A DNA stretch of 61,333 bases, the filler included, from Bipalium vagum (lineage: Eukaryota), in NCBI GenBank assembly GCA_037834085.1. It is 3 parts of 3 records of this genome, joined end to end, with 100 filler letters (N's around TTAATTAATTAA, not from the genome) between each part and the next. Parts side by side here need not be neighbours in the genome. Positions count along the whole stretch, not along the records: positions 45,077 to 61,333 come from JBBMKC010120170.1; 2 more parts are not named here. One strand, 5' to 3'. The number at the start of each line of letters is the position of its first letter. Positions within the stretch are counted from its first letter, which is position 1. The notes beneath the pieces are model-generated. The model saw nothing but the letters and a program-made list of their open reading frames with translations. It had not been told where the DNA came from and searched no databases. The position numbers and the translations under genes are program-made. Positions 51,323 to 61,333 of the stretch are shown in pieces.

Positions 51323-53492
51323 CATCTCAACGCGTTAAGTTAAAAATTGCATAACGCTTCGTTTTCGAAAGACCGAAAATTGTTCTTAAGTAGAAAATTT
51401 AAAACTGGTTTATTATTTATTATATTATTGTGATGAGAAAATATCATCAGGTAATTCAGTTTTGTACTGGAAAAAATTGATTTTCATATTCTTTAGTTGA
51501 ACCTAAATTGAGAAAAGGGAGGGTTTTTGTTAAAATATTAAACTAATATTATAAATACGATTTAGTAATATTATTAAACGATATTTTATAAGATTCGATA
51601 AAGGATGAACATGTTTTCCGAATGGATATTCATTATACATTTATATTTTCAGTTCATTGACAAAAGGGAAAGGTGAATAGATTTATTTCACTTTCACTGA
51701 CAATTATTTTAAAAAAATTTAAAATAAAACTTTTTCATCTGTCTTAAAGAAAAATGTTAAATAAATAATCTTCTATCACCGATGTGATGACATTTCTTGT
51801 ATCCTTAAAAAGAATTTATACAAACGAAACGGAGTTATATTTCAGAAGAATTGAGAAATATTTTTCTTGTAGAAATTGTTTAGGGTGTAATGTATTTTAT
51901 CCATTAAACGTTTTTTTATGAATAAACAGCGGTCATTTTATAGTCTGTAATAAATAACGAAACCCACAGGTATTATAATGTCTATGTAATATTTCTTGTA
52001 ATAATATTAATGAAAAAAGTTAACTAGGTGACAAGTCAATCAAACATCGAATTAACTTAACAAATAATATGATGGGGTTTTCATTTTAAGGTCGTCTCTT
52101 ATCTTGTTGAAGATATGAAAAATGCAGGGACTACTTAAGTAAGCAGAAGTGAGTTACTTAATTACTTGGAGGACTTAAAGAAACATTATTTATTTATTAA
52201 TTCTTTAAATTGTTTAATTAAACAACAAAATTCCTCGGTGTTTCACAAGTCCCTGCTGAAGTTTTTACATTTATTTTAATTTTATAAAATATTATGATAG
52301 AGACAGAGATACAACGTAATTTTATTATGGTTGTTAATGTTACGAAAGACTGGCTGTTTAAATAGAACATTCTTCAGTTTAAGGTTTATTAAACTGTTGT
52401 TACTATCAACATGTTCTCGAGCTAAGTATAGATTTTATACCATAGTGAAAAACGGAAAAAACAAAAGATGTATAAAAAGATTTCCTTTTTAATTTGCTCA
52501 ATTTGTTTAACGGTAAAAAATTATGCATATTCAACCTGGAGTGATCATCAAAGGAAATAATCAAAGATAAAAATTCATGAAGTGAATCTTTGATCTTATC
52601 CTTAAATAAACCGAACACATTAATTATAAATTAATATTATTGTGTTAATTTTTACTCTCAAATAAAGAGATTTTTGTTTTCCTGCCTTTTCAACAGTTAT
52701 TATATCCTGGATGATATATACATTTTGATAAAAATTTCAATAATAAAATGTGCTTTTGACAATTATTATTAATAATAATAATTTTATTATTAATTATCAT
52801 TACTGCTTAAAGGAATCGTGATAATTTGTTTTAAAATGTTAAATTAATTCTCTCACGGTTAAAGCTGAAATTAAATATCAAACAGTCATTTTCAAAGGTG
52901 GTAAAATTTAGCTTTAATTAATTAAAATTTATGTTATAATTTTATGTTTAATTAAAATTATGTGTCTCGTTAATTATTTCGAAATTATTGACAATTTTTG
53001 TTAGGGGATATATATTTTAGCAAAAAACCAAAGTCTTGATAAAATAAAGAGAAAACGAGCAAATCTATGAAAACTTGTAATTTCGCAATCTTATAGGTTT
53101 TTTGTATTATTTTAGTAGGTTTTCCTAGATGAAATTTAAAACGATAATAATTTCCTTAATTAAATAATTTATCTTATTGAACAATCGATATTAATTTGTT
53201 ATTAACTAAAAGGGCTTAATACGCTTAACATGAATGAACAACAAAAGGAGAATCGGAATATCCATAATTACTTTCAATTGATATTTTGTATTATCTATAT
53301 TATATATATTCAATGATTAAAAAGTTAAACAAAATCATCCATATTGTAATGTAACGACCTCAGCTAAACATCAAACAAACTAATGGAAATATATTGAATA
53401 AAACAATGTATAACAAATTAATTAAGCGAAGCCTACAAAATGATATCAAAGTTACACAAATTGTGTTTGTTTAAATGCATCATTAAAATAAA

Positions 53493-53629
53493 ATGTTGTT
53501 TATAAATATTTTGCGAAAAATGCTAACTGTTTTAATAATTTTGATTAACTTTTTTCAAAGTTATAACCTGTTGGGAAGAAAATCCCACGATATAATAATA
53601 GGAATTCATTTCGGAGAAAAGTATATGAG
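53493..53629 (+). CDS. HSP70: Divergent BiP-like Hsp70, exon 1 (signal peptide + degenerate phosphate-1 loop)
   Basis: MLFINILRKMLTVLIILINFFQSYNLLGRKSHDIIIGIHFGEKYM(R). GIHFGEK occupies the GIDLGTT position. Donor ag|gtaact (phase 2) joins in frame to 57691. Alternative start ATG at 53520. Confidence 0.8.
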
Positions 53630-55607
53630 GTAACTATATTTATTTACTATTGAAATCTGTTCAATATTGTTTTTCGATAACAAAAAAGAAAAATGATGTT
53701 CATAAAAATATTCCATTAATCCTTAGCATAATTCTACTTATTTCTCATTAGTTTTAATTAATAATTTTCCAGCTTATATCGCCTTATGAAAATCTTTCTT
53801 CATAATAACTTATTTATTAATAATTATAATGGGATTAAATCTGAAAAAGGAAAACAAATTTTTGAATCTAAAAATACAATTTGATTTAATCTAAGTCTAA
53901 TAACGTTCATTGCAAAGACTGGCCTTCGAGTCTTCCCATGTAATGTGACGATTATCGTTAATATTTAACGCTCGTCTCTCGGGAAGCCGGAAATTAAATT
54001 TTAATATTTTATCCATATCGAAGCTGTAAAATCCGAAAGAAAAGTCTGAGAAAAAAGATTAATAATTTTTCTTAGTCCTTTCAATGACATTTTACAATTT
54101 TGTTTTTATTGATTAATTTGATCAATTGTTCGATGTTACAATTATTCGATAAAAGTGAAATGTGAGGTGTACCTTAAAGGGATCAATGTATTCCAACAAA
54201 TTGTATTGTGGTTAAACATGTTCGAATATAAATATTGATTAAAAATAAAATCTCAGGATCAACAAAATTTATATATATTATTGATTATTTAAATTTATAT
54301 CTTCAAAATAGGCTCCACTTTTAGGATTTACCTATTCCAACGAATAAATCGATTGTTGAATAATTTAATGTTTCCATCTTTTAAAGTGTGCACTTATTGT
54401 ATTGTAAATAATAAAAGTAACCACTGGTTCCATTCACTGGTAATACCGTAATAAAGTTTTCAGTCTAAGTGATTAAAATTTTTGAAAATCTTAAGTTTCC
54501 TGAACGATAAATACTGGGCTTAAACGGTAAAAGAAGTCAATCAAGCTTTTCTTATTTTTTTTGTTCCCCCTATAAGGATCGATATATTGAGTAGATTCAG
54601 CACATAGTGGAATGCTAATTTAAGATAAATAAATTTAATTTTGAAAATAAGTTATCCTTTACTTTTCTTTTATGTATTAGGTTGTTTAGAAATGAATTTC
54701 GGTTTTATAAATCTATTTTTTTAACGTTAGTGTACCATAATTTTGTGTTGTTTTAATATATTTTATATATCATTTTAAAGCGTGAAATTTAAATTATATT
54801 TAATAATAATTAAAATAATTTATGTTTATGATAAAAGACTTGCGTATTAGATAACAAATTTGAAGTATTATAAGACTTCTATAATATTGGTTGTCGACTC
54901 ATTGAGAAATACAATATAAACTGCCCAATAATTAAAAGAATACTAAAAATGTAACTTGTGAGTTTTCTTCTCTCAGGAGTTTGAGGACTATTGATTTTCA
55001 TATTTGTTGATAGTTTTTTGGTCATACTTTATTGTGAGATTATTGGAAGTTACAAGGTATATGATTAAATTTTGAGTGATTAATAAAATTTGTTGTTTTA
55101 AGTAATGTTACTGAAGGGATTTTTTGGATCACAACAAAACAAAGTTAGTAAATAGTGAGATTAGTACTTTAACACAGGGTTACAATATTTTGTTACATTA
55201 AAATATATGCTATTAAATTCAATTTTTTAGCCTTTTATTCTTTTGAAAGAGTAATTTCTGCATTTATTATTGAATAGATAGTTTTAAATATAAAGAAATT
55301 TCATACACTGCAAAATTTAATGAAAGGTATACATATTTTATTCGTTATAGTTTTACTATACAATTATTTCCTCTTAATATATATAAAATCTAATTATAAA
55401 TACTTAGTACAACTGTTGTCAGCACAATTAAATTTTATTAAACTATTATAAAAATGGGAAAATGTTTATTTTCCGATGAAGAGAAATTTAATTCATAACT
55501 GGTTTAATTCTTATTGACACAACCTAAAGTCTGAAAAATAAATTTAGATGGCTGGGAACTTTGGTGGTTCTATAAGGACCCGGACCTATGAATAATCTGA
55601 ATGAATC

Positions 55608-56634
55608 TGTTACGCAATTTTTTACTATGACCACTGTCGTAAGACTTAGCTCACAAAGCTTACTGATCCTTTCACTTTTGTCAGTACGTGTACGCAAAAG
55701 AATGAATCAAACAACTACGAGCAACACTATTGCTAAAATAACAATAACAAAATATTTCAAATAATCAATAAAATGCCTGCAATCAATCACACTGAAAATC
55801 AACGTCAAGAATAATAATCAATTAAATTAAAATCAAATAATTAAATACCAATATCAATTAAATGTCAGTAAAATTAAATATCAATTAATTTAAAAAGAAA
55901 AAGCACAAAATCAAGATAATCTCACCACTTTTGACGACAGGTCCAAATGGTTGTTTGCTGAACCAAACCCGGTTCGCTCAGAAACCACCAAACAGCATAG
56001 GACCAGCTATGAGCTCCTATCGCATAATATAATATAATATAATAATAATATAATATAATATAATAATAATATAATATAATATAATAATAATAATAATATA
56101 ATATAATAATAAGAATTTACAATTTGAAAATCTTCGGATAATTGCAACAAATTGTGGGTCTTTTGACAAAATAAAACCAAATCTTTTTGATTACTCTTCT
56201 GACAACCAAAAATAATAATTCTCGATCTTTCTTCTCACAACAAAATAATAATAATTCCCGATCTCTCTTCTGTGACAATCCACTGCGGATTCCAACTCCT
56301 TATATACCATTTTGATCAGACGACTAATCAGTCGTAGATCCGCTTGATTAATGGGGAATGTCGATTCCCTTTTTAAATCGATAATTCTAAATCGGTCCCT
56401 CCTTGCGGACCCTGGTCTAATCTTGGCAATTTAGGTTCGCCATTGTCAAGATTAGATCATTTTTGGAAATAATTAATTGCCATTTTTGTTTGAATGTACT
56501 TTTTAATTATTATTTTATTTCTGACCCTTTCGCTTTCTTAATAACTAATTGATGATAACCAATCTAAACCCTATTGCGGTCTCTAACATGCTTTTACAAG
56601 GGTTTACACGGATGTGTCCTTGGCTAACCCAACA
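55608..56634 (-). mobile_element. Solo LTR (1027 bp) in the Hsp70 intron
   Basis: TGTT..AACA ends flanked by 4-bp duplication aatc (55604-55607, 56635-56638). TATA-like ggtatataagg on the minus strand at 56298-56308. Internal (AAT/ATAAT)n at ~56025-56112. Confidence 0.7.
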
Positions 56635-57690
56635 AATCTGAATATCTTCCTTCAACTCTTCAATCAAATTTGGCAGCAATTAAAGAAGGAATTAAGAAAA
56701 TTATGATACTCTTCCGAGTGGGTTGTTGCCTTCTTGGCTGCGTTTCAACTGGTCTTGTAATTTAAGTTTATTCGAAATACATCAGCAGGTCACTACGTGG
56801 TTCGTTTCTAACATCATTGATTATAACTTAGTCCAGGGCATGTAATTTCAATTTTAGTTTCATATAAATTTACCCTTTGTATTTTGTCTTCAATCCTACA
56901 CTTTCTATTTCTCTAATCAAATTCTGAGAAAGATGAAAGTAGCATCTCTTTAAAATTGTTTATACTTGACATAGATATTTGATTTTAAATTTAATTTAAA
57001 AGTTTGTCTTTTTATGGACGATATAAAGGATATTAAAACAACGGCATTACTATTATTAAAAAACGAACTTACAATTTGAAAACACTAATATCAATAAACT
57101 ATCACTAAGTGAAATCTTGAAATTCGTTTATCTCAAATTACTGAAATCATTACAAAAATAGAATTTTGCATAAGGTTCAAACTTGTAAGATTTCATCTAA
57201 GCAAACCTGAGACTATATAAATAATTTCAATCTAAATTTAGTATTTTAATATTTTTTAAAATGTTTTTGAAAAAATTAATTTCAGAGATTTAAAATTTCT
57301 TATTATAACTTAGATTAAATATTCTTTAATTTTATTACTTTTTATTAACAGTACATACATTTACTGAATTGAAAATATTCTATTAAACTTAAAATGTAGA
57401 TTGTTTTTCAGCTTAATATAAAAATGTATGAAAATACAATCTGATAAGACTAAAATATTATTTGAGAATTACAGAAAAATGACGTTGATGAAATAAGAAT
57501 AAAATAATTTTATATTTAATTATTAATTAAACACAAAAATTTAATTAAAAGCTTTGCTTGTTTTTTTATCTAATACACATTAATGAAAATTGCTAATATT
57601 TTCTCAAGAATTTTTTCAGGAATAAATCGCATTTGAATAATTTTTAAAGGCTTTTATTTAATTTATGAAGTTAAAAAATCACTGTTTTAG

Positions 57691-59467
57691 ACTGTCGATA
57701 ATCAAAAGCGGATACTTAAGTATCATTCCAAATACTTTGGGTGATCTGAAAACCCCGATAGTTGTAAAATTCAAGAAAGATGGACGTGCTCTTGTTGGAA
57801 GAGAGGCAAAATATTCTCGAGAGGGATCAACGATTATTGATAATTTGCATAAAATAGCGGGGAAAACATTTGAGGAAATAATAATAATGAAGGAATATCC
57901 TTTTCAGTTTGAAATTTTCGGAAAATATAACAAACCACACATCCGGGTCACCTTGGAAAACAAAACCTTTTCACAAACCATAGAAGACATTTTATCAAAT
58001 GTCTTTAAGTATGCAAAAATTAGTGCTGAGAGTCATCTACAAGTTAATGTTAGTACAGCTGTTATGACATTTCCGGACCATTTCTCATACTCTCAGATAC
58101 TGTCTATTAAAGCAGCAGCAAATATTGGAGGTCTGTCTATAATTAAACATGTCACAGATTCAATGGCAGCAATATATGCCTATGAATTCAATGAGCAAGA
58201 TGAGGAAATGAATGTCTTGGTCTTAGATATTAATGAGGAAACTTTTAATTTGGTTGTCATTGGTTGTGACAATCATGGACAAGAAGTTATAGGATGGAGA
58301 TCCATTATACAATTAGGAGAAATGCACATGAGAAAACCTTTGGAAAGCTATTTAGTTTCAATGTATGAAATAAAGAGAGGATATATTTTGAGAAATATTC
58401 ATATTGTTAACAATATTAAAAGAATAGTCAAACATGCCATACACGAACTCAGCACGCAGAACTCATTTGAATTTTCTTGGGGTCTTATGGAGAGTAATTC
58501 TACGGATACTGAAGTGGTAAACATATCGAAATTTAATGAGTTGATTTTGGGGACTGTGGACGAGTTGCTGAGTACAATGACAACTTTTTTAAAAGAACTG
58601 AATCTTAAGCGATCAGATATTTCCAAAATTATTCTTTTAGGATCAAGTTTTACAATGAGAAAGCTGCTCTTAGAAATTCAGAATTATTTCTATGGAAATG
58701 AATTAACATTTGATAAAGGTTTACTTGAGACTCCAATAATAGGAATAGCAAAAATTGCATATTTATCAAAAGAAAGGAATGAACCCCTGAATGTTGTGTT
58801 ACCGGATCTTTTACCTATGAATTTGGGAGTCGAAGTTTTCAATGGAATATTTGATGTAATAATTGATAGAGGAACTGTAATACCCGTTAAGAAATCGAAG
58901 TTGTATACAATTACATTCAATAAGCAAAGTAAAGTGAGATTAAATTTTTTTGAGGGCGAAAAGACAATGACAAGATATAATGTTTATTTGGGAACAATCA
59001 CATTTAGAAGACCGGATGAAGGATTAAGAAGTATGATTTTATTTAATGTCCAAGTTAACATAAGGGTAAATGGTGAAATTTTCATCACTGTTGAAGATCT
59101 GTCAACAAATATAGTGAAAAGCTTAAAGATTTTGATAGATTGGAGAGAGGCCAGGGAGAACTACAACAGTCAGAACATACCCATGTCTGAAGAGAAATTA
59201 GAAAAAGACCGTCAAAATAACGAGTTTCAGGAATTGAAAAGAGATATCGAAAGTATTGCTTTTGAAATAAAAGCTCACGTGGAAATGAAAACTAATATTA
59301 TTGAAAAGATACAGTCCCCAATTGATTTAAAGATTTTGAAGGAATCTGCAAATGAAGTAATTCAGTGGTTTGAAAATCATTCGGTAAAAGATATGGATGA
59401 GTTAAGAAAATTGCAAAGTAGATTTCACAAAAATGTTAAACCAATTTTGTCCAATGCCCTTTTATAG
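57691..59467 (+). CDS. HSP70: Divergent BiP-like Hsp70, exon 2 (NBD + SBD + lid); ~637 aa in total
   Basis: Long ORF collinear with Hsp70: AVMTFP, DLLPMNLGVE, IDRGTVIPVKKS, FFEGEKTMT..N..LG, NG.I.ITVEDLST, VIQWFENH, VKPILS. Acceptor tgttttag at 57690, so the ATG at 57665 is probably intronic. Confidence 0.9.
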
Positions 59468-61333
59468 TTTAGACCTTTTTTGGTTTTATTGTTTAAATGT
59501 TTTTTATAATCTTTAAAAATTTATCTTTCACAGTTTCTATGAAAAGGTCTAGATATCCATGGTTTTCCAAATGAACTAAATGGTACTGAATATGCTGGGT
59601 ACGTGGATGTTGTATTTCTAGTGTCGAGTTGACTCAGATACACTCTTATTCTTTAGACCACTGTACATGATTGTTAATGACGTATTTTAATCTCTTTTTC
59701 ACTCCTCACCAAATCCGCAAATATAAAGTTAAAGATTTTTTTATTAATTTTTACTTTGCATGTAAAAATTGCATTCTTCATATTCATATTCTTCATTTTC
59801 AAAATGAAATACGTTTTTTCACAAAAAGCATCACAAGGTGATCAACCTTCTCAAAAAATCATTTAAAAGTTACATGTGGTATAGATAAAAATTCCTTAGA
59901 TTCGTAAAGAAAAAAAATAAAAACAAGTCCATGAAATAATCTGGATTAAACAATTAATGTATGAATACGAATCCTATTGAATCTGTTTTAAATAACGACC
60001 TTTAATGACATTTTTACACATAGTTTTTTAAAAAATTTATAAACCACTCCGTTTTTGCAGCATTTTTCTTTTTTTGATTAGAAGGACATTATTTGTCAGA
60101 TACATAAGTATGTGGAAAGAAGGCTTCATTCTCGATTACTATTTATAATTTGATCAGAGTTGTCATCTCTCATGATTTTTGATGAAGAAAAAAGTGAAGG
60201 ACCAAAAAGTGAAATTGGCGAGAAATTCAAAAAATTTTTGTAAAAGAAGAAAGATGAATAGTCAAAAATGAGATGCGTACTAGAGATAATTTAAGCAAGC
60301 CGACTGTACATAGTTTGATAGAGAAAATTGAAATCGGAAAAGTGAACAGTCGATTCATCCTATGTTTTTTGACAGCCTAAAATCGAGAAAATTGATTGCA
60401 AGTGTGCAAAGAAAATTTTGTTCATTATTTTTGGAAGAATATTGTACTATAATGAATGGGATATCATTGAGTCTTTATGTGCCAAATAACAACCATGAAT
60501 CTTGTAAATGGGATTTTCCTCAGAAAAGTCACCAAAAATGTTTCGAATCAGAGTGAACACCGCTAATAGTGATAGAGGTCATTTAGAAGAGAAAATATCC
60601 TTTTGTGTGCTTTACAATTTTAATAAAAAAAATTAGAACAAAATTGATTACGTCTTTCACATCATATTTGCACAATAATAATAAGAAGAAGAATAAGAAT
60701 AATTGCATCTCCTTCTTCTTCAAATCTAAATTAACTAAAGGAGACTGATTTTTAAAAAATTTCATTCACGGTTAGTTAAAGAAATTAAATAAAAAAATTT
60801 AATTAATAAGAATTTCAAATTGATATTTAATTGATCAATAAATTACATAGGGAAGAAAACAATAAAAATAAGTTAATAATTGCAGAGTAAAAAATGTGAA
60901 ATTAGAAAATCAATATTATTTGTGTAATTTATTGACATTATACAAATAAAAATTTTAGTTTTCTCCTGAAAATTTCACTTTTTTTTACAAAGTTACATTA
61001 ATTAAATCGATATTAAAAGAAACTTTTTAAAAAAATAACAAAATTGGAGACATTTTAATATTGTTCTTTTGTACAAACAAATAGCATTTTTATATAAACA
61101 AGAACAAAATAAACATAAGTCTATTCAATATCTATTTTATCCTCAAGAATATCCTCAATACATAACTTTATAATGTAGAATAAAGGTTCTTAAATATTAT
61201 AAGTGATATCAAGATATAGATAAAATTTCAGTTTAGCTATGCCTATTAAAATTTTAAAAATCAATTTTTAATCAATAAAAATTTATTTTATAACATTTAT
61301 CTTAAAATGGATACTGACAATTTATTTCAAGAA

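Noticed and set aside
57665-57690. ORF-track ATG as the Hsp70 start
   Set aside because: Omits the phosphate-1 strand. An in-phase upstream exon and the ttttag acceptor at 57690 explain the N-terminus better.
58399-58920. Minus-strand ORFs of 75-76 aa
   Set aside because: Antisense shadows of the Hsp70 exon. Most other short ORFs in the track are likewise shadows of transposases.

Overview
Very AT-rich animal (invertebrate) genomic DNA, densely littered with decayed transposons. The exact taxon cannot be fixed from the sequence. The window is probably not contiguous: two 100-bp artificial spacers (N44-TTAATTAATTAA-N44 at 21469-21568 and 44977-45076) split it into three segments, and there is an ordinary gap at 49909-50040. 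Host genes are spliced and mostly missed by the ORF track. Segment 1 holds the 5' part of a minus-strand TCF/LEF gene (beta-catenin-binding exon at 20085-20210). No HMG box lies in the window, and one splice path gives a 99-aa HMG-less product. Segment 2 holds the first exons of a plus-strand GRIP multi-PDZ gene. Segment 3 holds the last three exons of an unidentified gene and a complete two-exon BiP-like Hsp70 (53493-59467). That Hsp70 has a signal peptide, no KDEL/HDEL, and degenerate ATP-binding motifs despite an intact ~637-aa frame, making it a candidate secreted pseudo-ATPase chaperone. The rest is mariner, Tc1/Tc3, DUF4817-type, pogo, Chapaev, gypsy and non-LTR remnants, MITEs, a solo LTR, a tRNA-Ala pseudogene and AAT microsatellites. 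All gene models were read by eye and need RNA-seq confirmation.
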